64,000 nucleotides of DNA from Psilocybe cubensis (Eukaryota): contig CM039000.1 in NCBI GenBank assembly GCA_017499595.2, forward strand, positions 1,550,001-1,614,000, read 5' to 3'. Below the pieces are notes generated by a model that saw only the letters and a list, made by a program, of their open reading frames with translations, was not told the DNA's origin and did no database searches. The translations under genes and the position numbers were made by a program. Below are positions 12,201-24,876 of this stretch, piece after piece (the first letter of the stretch is position 1; each line of letters opens with the position of its first letter).

Positions 12201-12575
12201 CGCTGACAATGCGCCATATCCCTTTAGACTGGAGATAGGCGGTCATTTGGCCTGCCCAGGTGTTGTAGTTGGTTGAGTTCAATAGAGTGATTTGGGGATC
12301 AGAAGTCATTATTGCAAATTGTGAAGGAACGCATAAGCGGATGGATACAAGTGTTGGTAGCGATGTGTAGGAATGTGTAATGATGTGTGGAAACAAACTA
12401 GGCGTTACTCGGAGCTCGGGGTGCGATGCGAACGCAAGTTGAAAAGACGAAGTTAAACTAGCCTAATTTAAAAGGGTTACTTTTAACTAGAAATAACTTG
12501 GGGATTAGGCGACGGGGGCCCACTCAACCAAGGTTAACAAGTCGTGTAAGGCGTGCTCGTTCAACCCTACTAGCA
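9260..12575 (-). mobile_element. Degenerate Ty1/Copia retrotransposon (Copia-1), cut in RT by Gypsy-1 and in its leader by the next element
   Basis: gag (LNSTNYNTWAGQMTAYLQSKGIW), Zn knuckle (CAFCDMTNHAMDKC), protease (WIADTGATSH), integrase (LWHCRFAH, CEPCLAGK, LRVWGCLAYV) and RT (YKACIVAKGYSQRPGIDY, LKKSLYGLKQSAR) in Copia order. No LTR in the window. Confidence 0.93.
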
Positions 12576-15019
12576 CACTAGTAGCTTCAATTTTATATCA
12601 TTATATCTAGACAACTGTCTACAGGCAAACTGAACTGTTACCCAGTAATTCATATTATTGTTTATCTAGGGATTTCATTACTATTGGGCATTTCATTCCT
12701 AGACAAAAATATGATATCAAACCAATTGATTTCATTACTTGTTGGCTTGATTTCATTTCAATTGAAGGCTGTTTTATTCCACTATTATCAACAATTTCAT
12801 TGCAATTTCATTTCTATCTTGAAGTATTTCATTAATATTTAGAATTGATTTCATTAGCTATAGAGGTGATGAATTAGGATGTGCACCCTACCCCTCCTCC
12901 TACCCCTTGTATAAATGTCTTCCTAATCAGATAAATTCAGGCCCAACCAGGGCTGGGTGGGTGCCCATTATACCAATTTTTAGAGTCCAAAATCTTGGTT
13001 CAATTCCAAGATTTAAGGGTACTACCCCCATCCTCTCCAGAATTTGTATATTTTATTATGGGATAGAATTGCCATTCCCAGCACATATAGGTATGTAAAT
13101 CTGCTCTATATAGTACCACAGACGCAATACATATCTTTGAAGCATTCAGGATGAAGGGGAATACCTTGGTTATGAGGCTAATAAAAAGGTATTGGATGTG
13201 CACCATAATATAACCATATCACCGCTTATACTTCACCAAAATGCATATATTTTACATTCACAGATAGCTACTAAGGTCCTCTACATATTATATTCATACT
13301 GCTAAATGACCAGAACACTTAACAAGATGGTACAAGAAGAATAAGCAATATTGTCCAAAAATCGCAAAAAGGCGAAATATGATGGGCAAGATAACACCCA
13401 AAAAATACAAAAATAAAACGGTTGTGTAGCCCCAAATGACACTTATCTGTGGTATATAGAATTATGGAAACCCAATGAGTATGAGCTGAGATATGTCAAA
13501 ATGTATCTCGGAGAAAGGCCAAAGAGGTGACCACAAATAAAGCATAAATAAAGGCCAATATCCATCCGGGTCTCTGATGGGTTCTTCAACACCTTTCTTT
13601 CCATATCTCAACAACCACTTGTCCAATGCACAGCATCCTTGATGTTCTGGAAAGCTAAAATTTGGGGCTATACTATCCTATTTTTATATTCTCTGATCAT
13701 AATCTTTTATATATGGTAAATGCAAAAATACTATGCATTTTGGTGAAGAATGGTATTCCTTCTGCAGCATCTCATTTAATGGACGGATCTCTTTAGTTGC
13801 TGAGAATGATATTTAGGAGGCATCAATAGGTATCTGTAGACGTCAAGAATGTGATTTATGACAAAGTATTTGTAGAGATATGGCCTGATCAATAATCTAC
13901 AATACCTCTCCTCATACCCCCCCTTAAATCAGTATGTTCCCTTGTTGCAGAGGGATTTCAAGGGTACATTTTGGACTCTATGTACTGTTAGTAGTAGATC
14001 TACATGTTTTTTAATGGTCTGAGAGCCCATCCTATAGTATAATAAAATACAAAAGTTCTGGAGGGAGTGGGGGGTAGTACCCTTAAATCTTGGAATTGCA
14101 CCAAGATTTTGAACTCTAAAAATTGGTATAATGGGCACCCACCCAGCCCTAGTTGTGCCTGAATTTATCTGATCAGGAAGGCATTTATACAAGGGGTAGG
14201 AGGAGGGGTAGGGTGCACATCCTAGTTCAATAGGTTCTACTACTCCAATTGAGCTGAAACTTGGCATGTACTTCGTTTAACATAAATAATAAATAATGGC
14301 ATAGTCAAAAGGGTGCATGCCAGCCCCTGGAGGGTGCTATTCAAGGTGCGCTTTTTGACCAAAACATTGTACGCTTAATTGCACAATAACAAGTAAAGAT
14401 ATTGCAATTCTGATTTCATATTCGGATTGGGACACTTTAAAACTATATGTCTACCAAAAAACACCAAGGGAAACGGTCTAGAAATACCCCCAAAAGTGCC
14501 CAATCCATTGCCAGCAATGCACAAAAGTAGTATAGGATGAGTGTTATTTATAGAGCCAGGACCCAAGAGAAGGGGCAGGGACAGGGCTCTGATGTGATGG
14601 CTATCAGCCCTAATTCTAATATATTTAGTCCAAGTTCCTGGGCCAAAAATAGCATGCACTAATCAATCTGGTACAGGATTATCAAGCCTAGATAATCATA
14701 AGATTAGATATGAAATCATAATGAAATCACCTCTATAGCTAATGAAATCAATTCTAAATATTAATGAAATACTTCAAGATAGAAATGAAATTGCAATGAA
14801 ATTGTTGATAATAGTGGAATGAAACAGCCTTCAATTGAAATGAAATCAAGCCAACAAGTAATGAAATCAATTGGTTTGATATCATATTTTTGTCTAGGAA
14901 TGAAATGCCCAATAGTAATGAAATCCCTAGATAAACAATAATATGAATTACTGGGTAACAGTTCAGTTTGCCTGTAGACAGTTGTCTAGATATAATGATA
15001 TATATTGAAGCTACCAGTC
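12576..15019. mobile_element. Non-autonomous DNA element with ~295-bp inverted repeats rich in ATGAAAT motifs, CACTA-like left end
   Basis: 12576-12870 is the near-perfect reverse complement of 14726-15019. Left terminus CACTAGTAGC. No matching TSD and no ORF. Confidence 0.65.
12871..14375. mobile_element. Nested non-coding fold-back element with long inverted repeats; left arm truncated
   Basis: 12871-13060 matches the reverse complement of ~14035-14228. Further nested inverted motifs: CTTCACCAAAATGCAT at ~13231/13734 and TAGCCCCAAAT at ~13428/13660. Right boundary approximate. Confidence 0.6.
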
Positions 15020-15525
15020 CTCAATCAACCTCTGGCTGGTGCAAAATTATTTGTCCTATGGCCAAATGTTTCTTGGCTGGGCAATCCTTCAGTTCACTTG
15101 CCATTGCAACTCTCTTAAGTATTGAAAGAAGTTTCTGGATGTCTGTGAGTACAGTAGTAAAAATATATGGAAAAACTTACCACTAGGTAGGCAAATGGGA
15201 CATGAGCACTGAATGGGAGACAATAAGGTGAGCGTAAAAACATGCAAACTGTGGCTACGCTCATAATTATTCTTTAATCATTCATTGAGGGGCCATTGGG
15301 GGCTATCAAACAGATGTAAAGGGTTTGGGACAGGGCAGAGTTGAACAAGAGTATTGGTTTTTTTTGTCTTTTGCCAAGCATTCAATATTTCAAATTAACG
15401 GGATATAGAGAAATGGTTGCATAGGAGTACATAGGCCGGCCAGGTAAACAACCAATTTTTTTTGCCGAATGATTGAATGATACATAGCTATTTGCATTTA
15501 CTATCTACTTGGTGTTCTTATAAAA

Positions 15526-17356
15526 TTAAAAAACGGTAGACCATAAACCTTCTGTACTATGACCAGCTGCCACAGCAGAAGCAAATTCCAGAGTATCTTT
15601 CACCTTCTTCCATATCTTAAAATGGTCTGAATACGTGGAAGAGACATAGGGTATCCCACCATAAACAGACTTGAATTTGATTTTTGTCTTGGAATTTCCA
15701 GGCAGATCATTCATGTGTTTGAAACAGTGGTCCATATCACAGGCATACTTCAGGGGGAAACCGGATTTTGATGGGCCGTGAATCCTGAAAGAGGGGGTGA
15801 ACGGTGAGAGTCATGCAAGTGAGACAAATCAATGACTTACAGTGAGGCATGGGTAGTATCAGGTTGTGATTGCGGAGCATTGATACTATGGCAATTGAAT
15901 GCCGCCCTGGTTAAATAAGTAATGTAGTAAAAAAGTAAATATTGAGGTTAAGTGTACTAAATGGCATGGTTCTGCGTAGATGGTAATGCTGGTGTGGTAT
16001 CTTGACCTAAGATATCTGTGGCATTTTTAGATGTGGTATCTAGTTTACTGTCACACAAAGTACTAATTTTAAGAGCATAAGTTTTGACCAGAGTGCACAA
16101 AACCCTACTCACAGGTCAAGGATATCCTGGAATGCGGGTTGTTGATGCATATAAGCAAACAGACGGACTGGCGTAGGATCCCCTGTTGCATCCAGGACAC
16201 GTAATTTTTGAGGATATGGTTCAGCTGCTGAGGAGGATCACTTATTATTGGTATCCCGCAGGCGCCGTGCAGTAGGTGAGGTATTGTATTTCTCAAAATC
16301 AAGACATTGCTTAACACATACATGCCTCAAGAGGACTGTGTTGGTGGTTTTGTCGACTGTTACGGATTTTTGAGTTATGGACTATTCTCCTGTAGATAAA
16401 TTGTAAGCCCTGAATGTTTCACATTTGGTGAACTGGGGGTCTTCAGGAAAGGCTTTGCAAAGGGAAGGAACCAAGTCTAAGGCTGGTTGAAAATAGGGAT
16501 GCGTTGCACAGTCTGCTTTGAAGAGTTCAGGACATTCATCATCCTATAAAGTTTGAGAATTAATGACGTAGGAATTAAAATATGAAAGACATACTGAGAA
16601 CCACCACAATATTCTGACCTTCTGGTTCTCTAGGTTGCGGAGCTGTGCCTTGCTAGGACTATTGCCAACGGGGGATAAGGTAAACATCTCAGGAAAAGAT
16701 GTGAGTTTTTCTTGATACAGGAGGTCAACCATCCTTCCGTACAATTGAGGTGTTGGATTTTGAGAAGCTTGGGATGAGGAAGCTTGAGGGGGATCATTCT
16801 GAGGGGGTGCATGCAGTGGACTCTGAGCAGGTGCATGTAATGGTGCATTATGTTTGTTGTTTAAGATGTCGGCTGAGATAGCGTGGGCAGAGACAGTGCA
16901 CCTTGTTCCAGGGGTGCTAGACTGGTGATTAATGCAACAGGTTTTGCACATCAAAAAGGTACATATTTGATTGCAAATTCCATTCAAACAGAGCCCTTCA
17001 CAGGTAGCCCATTTACCTTGATGTGATGGGGTAGAAAAGGGAGAGGTGGAATAAAATGGCGCACCAGGTGCTGGAGGCACTGAAACATTGACATTGGAGG
17101 GGTTTTTGGGATGGAATACCCACTGGAAAAATTTGCATTTGCCTTGAGTATGGATGCAGGTATATCAATCTAGACACATCTGGAAGTAGTAACCTAGGTT
17201 TTCGGGTTTACCTCCTGTGCACTTGATAGGGTGGGAGATAGGTTAAGCATGGCAGCAAGGACAGGTTGCACCACCAGGCAAAACAATTGCAAAATCCTTT
17301 ATAGATGCTGGTAACTCGGGAGTGTTGGGAGTGTCAAAGAGGTAGAAGGTTTCCAT
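15526..17356 (-). pseudogene. Intron-containing Cys-rich pseudogene with an N-terminal GRF-like zinc finger; probable DNA-transposon accessory gene
   Basis: ATG at 17356 gives METFYLF..CPCCHA*PISHPIKCTGGKPENLGYYFQMC..CKFFQW, in frame with ORF 16544-17080 (CEGLCLNGICNQICTFLMCKTCC..C..H). Last exon FPLKYACDMDHCF..STYSDHFKIW..AGHSTEGLWS. Two in-frame stops. Confidence 0.6.
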
Positions 17357-17909
17357 GTTGAGATTGTGGTTAAAGGAAGAGAAACAAAATGAAGCAATTT
17401 TTTTAATATATATTTATCTTTATTGATGTTTTTGTGGTGAGAATTACTTGCGTAGATCCACCACTAGAGTGATGGTAGTGATATTTATAAAAGATTTTTG
17501 AGATGTTTGGGTAGAAATCTGTTAATTCATCATGTACATTGATACAACAGTGCAGTGAGATATGTTATCTAAGGTGAATGGAATCACCGTGTCTTGGAAG
17601 CGTGTGGTGAATTGCTACAACATGTATTTGTGAGACATCTACCTTGGTAATTTGCACAAAGGGGAGATAAGCCACTACTATGCTGGGGGAAAGGTGTTGC
17701 CTGCCAGAATCTCAGTGGTTGCGCCAACATAATCGTGGTCAGCCCTGAGGTGGCGGAATAAACATGTCAGTAGCTATCACTGGAGTGATGGTGTATGCCT
17801 GCTTTGCGCCATAACCACAGTAGCGGGCCTGACATCTGTTGGACCTCCAACCCGGTGGTGAGATCCATCTGATGTTGTCAACCACCGCGGGGGTGGCTCA
17901 AGGTTGGAT

Positions 17910-18028
17910 CCACCGCGGTGGTGGAATATGGCTGCCTGATCCTGCCACCACGGTAGTGGAATATGGCTGCCTGATCCTGCCACTGCAGTGGTGGAACATG
18001 GCTGCCTGATCCTGCTACTGCGGTGGTG
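17910..18028. repeat. 35-bp tandem repeat (3.4 copies) with palindromic core CCACCGCGGTGG
   Basis: Units start at 17910, 17945, 17980 and 18015 (ccaccgcggtggtggaatatggctgcctgatcctg). Confidence 0.92.
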
Positions 18029-18143
18029 TCTTAAATCAGGCAAATCTGACTACCACAGTGGTCACGTGGGTCACGTGCTATCCGGCGGACAGATTTATCC
18101 GGCGGATATATAATTTATAATAATGGTGTTGCACAATCCCTGA

Positions 18144-19240
18144 TAGCGTGACAGGCAGGGATAATCACACGTCACGCAAGGTTTTGTCACAAAACCTGAT
18201 ACATGCCTATATTTCTTCATTCTAGACAGTTACCTTCTTATAATTCAGAACTAATGAAGTCCAACACACATATAACATACATTTGAGTCTTAAAAGTAAG
18301 GCTTGAATGCAAATAGTACATAAAATAAGCCATTTATCAAAAATCACATGATGATAACAAAAGAGAACTTGCATGCTGCAGATTTGAGAAATATGGTTTG
18401 GAATTTGAGATGAAAATAGACATGTTGACTTTAAAAAACCGGGCATTTATCATCTTGAATCATGAAAATCAGTACAGAATTCATGTAGATATGCTCTCTT
18501 GTCTAAACATGGTCAATGCTGAATAACACAGCCAAAAATAGACGTGGCTGAGAGTAGCTTCCGCTTCCAGCCATCCAAAGGCCAAAATTTGTTAAAGGTG
18601 TAAAATGGTCATTTCTTCACCAAATCTCATGATTTTAACTGCGCTAGAATGCTGTTTTAAAAGGCATTTCAGTTCAACAATATATAATGTAATCAATAAC
18701 ATCTATGATATATATAATGGTAGTAATATTGATCCATAACCAGTATTTGGCTATCAACTCATTACAGCCTCAAAACTGCAAGTAGTTTTACAGACATAAA
18801 GTAATATAATTTCTATATGCCACAACTCTATCAGAGCAGATTTTTTATATTGTGCCTCTAAGTATGTTAAAGTGCCTATTTTACATGTATATCTCAGAAA
18901 CCAGGAAGAATTTCAAAATTCGGCTCTGATAGGTCGATTCCAAATTCAATTCTAATGAAAAAACTCTACAAATCATACCTATATGTGTATTTCTTGAGGA
19001 GATAATGCATAAATATCTTTGAGGTCTAAATTTGGCAGGCAAAACACCTTGATTAAGCATTTAAAACATGTTGACAACTTTTTACAGCTAATTAATACCA
19101 TAGGTCCAGAGATAAACTATCTTCTACCTCTATTGACATAAAAAATAGCGAAACCTTGATTTGTGCAAAGCACAAACTCGATGTCTCAAGAAATTGCCTG
19201 GTCACAGGTGTGACCCCGCCTGTCACTTGGTGTCACACTA
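18144..19240. mobile_element. Possible AT-rich non-autonomous DNA transposon remnant (hAT-like TAG termini)
   Basis: TAGCGTGACA at 18144 versus reverse-complement TAGTGTGACA ending at 19240. Inverted GTGACAGGC motifs at both ends. No TSD found. Confidence 0.3.
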
Positions 19241-22200
19241 ACCGGGGATTGGACATCCCCAATAATAATCCATTCAATCTGCATCAATCACATAGAACGG
19301 GTGGGAACGAGCCGTGTGGTCGTAATGACCTGCATGATTATAAGAAGGGCCGCAGGAAAGACATCCCAGAGGCTCATGGACTTGCTGCTGCAGCTAGGCA
19401 AGCCCGTCGTAGTATGAGTCTAGATAACACCAATACGTTAGGTTTAGGGACTCACCTTAATGCCGATGTGCACAGTGCATATCTGGCTTTGGCAGAAACT
19501 AGGGAATTGGTAGTATCCCTAATGGATAGATTAGTTAATCTAAAGAAAACCATGGAAACTCGTAATACCCAAATGGGTAGAAACAGTGAGGAGTGTGAGG
19601 ATGAACAATCTCACGATAAAGGTAAAGGGATTGATCCCAGGAACTGGGGAAACGTCGGAATACCCGAGAATGAATTGAATCCCGAGATACAAAAGGAAAT
19701 TGAGCGTGTGATACGTGATTCCCACGCCCAAGCGCAAAGTAACTTAGCAAATAATTGCGGTGATTTGGTGAACATTAGTACCGACACGGAATATGAACGT
19801 ATTTAAGAGATGGAAAGGCAATTAAACAATTTGAAAAGAGCATATGCAGCTTGCATTCAGTCAGTAGAAGCTCAGGAACAAACTAAGAGAAGAGGAATTT
19901 CACACACTCCAATGTCTCAAGAAGTAGAGGATCTAATTGCCCAAGCCGTCCGTCAACGTGTACAAATCAAACGTGCGAAAGCAATTAAGCCTAGTAATCA
20001 GCTGTCTTCGGACAGCCTGATTGGTCAATTACTCACTAACATGAGGGACAAAGAGGCAGTAAACAATCATGATAATAGGCAGGTGCTGGGACCTCTGGTT
20101 ACTGAAGGACAGACCAATACAACAGCAAAGTTCAAACCTTTGCCACCAACAGCACCGGACAAGTATCATGGAGACGCTGACTTTATGAAATTTTAAAAGT
20201 ATATAACGCAGTGTGAGAGGTTTTGCAAGAAAGCAGCTTTACCTCCTCAGGATCAAGTGGTTAAGTGTGCAGACTACTTGGCTGGTAAAGCATATAAGTT
20301 TTATTCAACAATGGTTGCTATAAACATGGATGCGTGGGACAGGCAATGCTTCTTTACTGAGCTCTACAATTATTGTTTCCCTCCTGACTTCAGGTTGAAA
20401 TAAAGAAAGAAGTTGGAGAACTTCTCTCAAGGAAACTTGACTGTGGCTGAATATGCGGCTGAATTAATGATATTGTTCCGGATAATTGGAAAGTCTACTC
20501 CTGAGCAGTGTGTAGATCGACTATGGAATGGTCTTAAGCCGGAATTATAGTCAGCCTTATGGAGAAAAGGCTTGGACTATGAACAAAACACCTGGGACAA
20601 GGTCATTCAGGTGGCTACTTGTCATGAAGTTGCTTATCAAATTGAGAGCAACCAGAAGCATGCACCGAAGAATAATAAATTTAATAACAACAATCACTCA
20701 AATTCAGACAAACAAAGCTTCGGCGAGCAAAGCAGGCTCAATCCACATGAATATAAGCATGAAACACGTAAAGACACACCTAATTATCGTCATAGGACTG
20801 AAGCTAATCGGGACAATACGTCAGCCAAGAAGACTGACGAGTCTAGACATTGTCCGAACAGTTATAGCTCACAAATTAAGTGTTACCGCTGTGGGGAAGC
20901 TGGACATATTGGGCGACACTGCAAATCGTTGCAGAGTGTCCAGTCAAATAACGGGAAAGATAAACCGCCCGGAACTAAAAGTTTCAGTGTTGAAGTCATG
21001 ACCGAGAATGAAGCAGCCTTGTTAGCATTGGCAGCCACCACGGAACAAGGCTTAGACTCACATTTTATGGAAGTAGAAATGGCTATGTGTCATCTCGCTG
21101 ATGATTCATAAACAGAGAGTGCTGAGTCGGCAGATCCATCGTATGAGGATGCGGCGCGAACTTGGTATAATCCCTCAGAGGGTGAATGTCAAGACGGGCG
21201 CTTAGGCGACCCTTTGTGCAAGTTGGTTAAGCATCAATTGGAAATAATGCGTCCTTACCCTGGCAATCCTTGCTGGGAGAACCGTGTAGCAGATTGTTTC
21301 ATTGTATATTGCATGGGTGGAGGAAGCCAGATCACTGTGATAGATACAGTAACTCATGAGGATGAAGTCTTGGATAAGGAACAGGTCTGCCGTACCAATT
21401 TCTTGATAGGGCGTTGGTACGCTATCAAGTGTACACAAAAAGCTCAAGTAAAGAAAGTAAGACCTTTACCAAGATGGCATCGTAAGACACCTGTTTCCTG
21501 AGTATGGCAACACAATGCCAAATGGAAGCTGTCTACTGGATATGCATTCAGTGGTTATTTAAGCATGAAACTGTCAGTGAGAGATAGATTAGGAAGGAGG
21601 TTTGATGTTTACCTCAATGACGACGCAAATGCGTTTGAGATATTTGACTAGGAATTGGGTCTTCATTTCCCTATACAAGTCCAGTTAATAACAGAGCCAC
21701 GACTCAATATTAGGAAGTGGTACTTCAAACAACTCACCAAATATATGAAGACTTGAGTTGCGGAAGCATTCCACGATCAGTACAATTTTGGAATCAAGTT
21801 ATTGTTTGATAATAATGACGACTCGGATTTAACAAGTGAATACCACGACGACAAGATACTGAGTGATAGGGATGTCAATTTTGCGGATGAAAGCAAGTGT
21901 GAGACTTGCTGGGATGATTATGACTGTACCAGCACCATAAAAACAATTGACGTCGAGTTAAATGCACAACAGCTGGAGACGAGTCGTGTTAGCGCTGTGC
22001 AGCGGACCACAGCTAAAACAAATGACCCGTCGCGTGTAGTGCCGGACCCCGTCATTGTTGTAGTCATTATTAATGGGCAGCTGGCACGAGCGCTTATTGA
22101 CATTGGATCACTGTGTGACTTCATGTTGTCAACATTAGCCAACCAATTGAAGCTGAAGTGACGAGAACTTGCATCTCCTTTGGTGGTACAGTTGGCAGTA

Positions 22201-23385
22201 TTGGGTTCACAATCTAGGGTAAACTATGAAGTGAGTGCGGAGTTTTCTTATCAGGAAATTAAAGAAACACATACATTTGATATTATCAATTTATTGAGCT
22301 ATGATTTGATACTGGGGACACCATTTATGTACCAGCATAAGGCAATGGCTGGGTTTAACCCATCCCAAGTGATAATTGGAAGTGTGAGAGTGTTACCAAT
22401 AAATGGGTCAGCAGTGCGCACCTTGCAATCAAGAGCAGCTCAGCTCAGGGAAGAAAACCTCAAGGATGTGAGAGAATTTTTGAAGCAGAAAGCCGCACCA
22501 CTGTGTAAGACGGCTGCAGAAACTCCTCTACCTCCTCTTAGAGCGATCAACTATAAGATTGACCTTATTGACGAGTCGGTACAATATCCCGGGAGACCTG
22601 CTCGATGCCCTGAGTCATTTATGTCTCAATGGGTTGAGAAAAGAAATGCTTACCTCGATACAGGATGCTGGGAAATAACCAACTCCCGCAATACGGTACC
22701 AATGCTCTTTATTCCGAAGCCTGGGAAGCAGGGTGAGATGCCTAAGTTGAGAACAATGAATGACTTACATGCACGGAATCAGAACACTTGTAAACTCACC
22801 AGCCCGTTGCCTGACATTGATGGAATCCTGCGTCAAGTGGCTAGCAAGCCTTATCGAAGCATGATAGACTTAAAGGATGCATACGAGCAGGTTCGGATTG
22901 AACCTGCTGACGTTTGGAAAACAGCTTTTGCAATGCCAAATGGTAATATGGTATCACATGTTATTCAACAAGGTGACTGTAATGCACCTGCCACATTTCA
23001 ATCTTTGATGAATCACATATTCGCGCCGTATATAGGGAAATTTTTAGATGTATACCTGGATGATATTGTTATCTATTTAGACTCATTAAAAGAACATATT
23101 GAGCATGTGTCAATTGTTATTGACATATTGAAGCGAGAGAAATTCTACCTATCTGCTAATAAGTTGGATTTCCTGTGTCAGAAAGTCAAGATACTTGGTC
23201 GCATTGTGGATAGCAAAGGTATTCAGATGGACCTGCACAAAGTTGACGCTTTGGTGAAATGGAAAGTGCCCACCAATAGAGAGCTATTGAGAGGCTTTTT
23301 AGGTGCGGCTAGTTACCTTGCTGACGATATTGAGAGTGTGCGGATACCTATGGGTATTCTGCATACATTAACCAGCAAAGAGGTA
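19241..23385 (+). mobile_element. Degenerate Ty3/Gypsy retrotransposon (Gypsy-2): gag-protease-RT, truncated at Tc1 copy 2
   Basis: gag (PDKYHGDADF), Zn knuckle (CYRCGEAGHIGRHC), protease (ALIDIGSLCDFM, YDLILGTPF) and RT (SMIDLKDAYEQVRI, QQGDCNAPATFQ, YLDDIVIY, LRGFLG). Many stops. Confidence 0.92.
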
Positions 23386-24874
23386 CAGTGGGCAAAAAAA
23401 CTGTTTGAGTGTTGGTCACGTATGAAAAGATTAATTTATAACTTTGAAATTAAAAATGTTAAAAATATGAGATTATTCACAGATATACTATATGGTGTTA
23501 GCTAAAGGATGACACAATGATCATGTGATTTGTCCAAGAATTGACCAAACAGCAGCATACACAATTTGCTAAGTCATTCGAACAGTTTTTTTGCTAGTAA
23601 TTTAAATGCTATAAACTATGTATTATCACATGACTTTGTTGATATACCAAACAACTATCAATAAAATCATGTGACTACATGTTGAATAGGTATATAATAG
23701 CTACAACCAACCTCTTTATCCCCCCAATCAAGCATGAAACCCCTCTCTAAAGCAACCATTGCTACTATTGTCTCTCTTTTTACTTCTGGTCACTCCTATG
23801 CCTCTATCAAGGCCCAGACTGGAGCTAGTGCTGGTTGTATCACCAAGATTCACCAAGACTACTGTCCTGAGGCAGTGGTTTCCCATGGAGGACGCCCAAA
23901 GAAGCTGACTGGTGCCAATATCACCTATACCAAGCGTGGAATTCGAACTGGACAAATCAAAAATGCTGTGCAAGCTGCCAAGTCTCTGGCTACTATTAAT
24001 GGCCAGAATATCAGTCCTCAAACAGTTAGGAATGCACTCAAATCAACTGGCATGGTCTCAGTGGCAAAACAAAAGAAGCCTTTGTTATCAAAAAAGCATA
24101 GGAGGGCTAGATTGGAGTTTGCAAAAAGGCACTTGGAGGAGGATCAAGCAAACTGTGAAGTTTGGAGGAGGAAACTTGATGATGTGGGGTTGTATGGGAT
24201 GGGAAGGAATTGGATTTGCCACTAGAATTGATGAGAAGATGGATGCTCAGTTATACACTGAGATCCTAGGTGATGAGCTCCTAAAATCCTTGGAGTGGTA
24301 TGGTCAACAGGTAGAAGATATCCACTTTCAGCAAGACAATAACCCCAAGCACACCTCAAAATTGGCCAAGAAATGGTTTGAAGAGCAGAATTTTAGGGTC
24401 CTCATATGGCCTGCACAATCTCCAGATCTCAACCCCATTGAACATCTATGGGAATACCTCAAAAGAAGACTTAATGAACATGAAGTCCCACCAAAGGGTA
24501 TCCATGAACTTTGGGAAAGGGTTGAGAAGAAATAGAATAGAATACCCAAGGAAGTGGTGCAGAATTTGATTGCTAGCATGCCTAGAAGGTGTGCAGCAGT
24601 GATTAAGGCCAAGGGTGGACATACAAAGTACTAGTAGATATGATTTATTGATACTCAAGTGTTTAGCAAAAAAACTGTTCGAATGACTTAGCAAACTGTA
24701 TATGCTCCTGTTTGGTCAATTCTTGGAAAAATCACATGATCAGTGTGCCATCCTTTAGCTAATACCCTCTAGTATACCTGTGAATAATCTCTCATTTTTA
24801 ATATTTTTAATTTCAAAGTTATAAATTAATCTTTTCATACGTGACCAACACTCAAACGGTTTTTTTGCCCACTG
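23386..24874 (+). mobile_element. Tc1/mariner DNA transposon copy 2 (1,489 bp), same deletion derivative as copy 1, opposite orientation
   Basis: TA at 23384-85 and 24875-76. TIRs at 23386-23596 and 24664-24874. Transposase region nearly identical to copy 1. Confidence 0.97.
23734..24634 (+). pseudogene. Tc1 transposase pseudogene (internal deletion, frameshift, premature TAG)
   Basis: Same HLE|RIKQTVKFGGG junction as copy 1. NPIEHLW retained. TGG>TAG at 24533. Confidence 0.92.
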
Positions 24875-24876
24875 TA

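Noticed and set aside
12907-14267. Similar ORFs 12907-13098 (+) and 13929-14267 (-) as a duplicated gene
   Set aside because: They are translations of the two arms of an inverted repeat and show no protein features.
15020-15500. Possible second gene fragment next to the zinc-finger pseudogene
   Set aside because: Splice-like signals are present but no convincing reading frame or motif.
3038-24874. Inversion or composite transposon bounded by the two oppositely oriented Tc1 copies
   Set aside because: Copy 1 flanks rejoin perfectly (FIDDL|PIKGP), so it is a simple insertion and the interval has not been inverted at that end.
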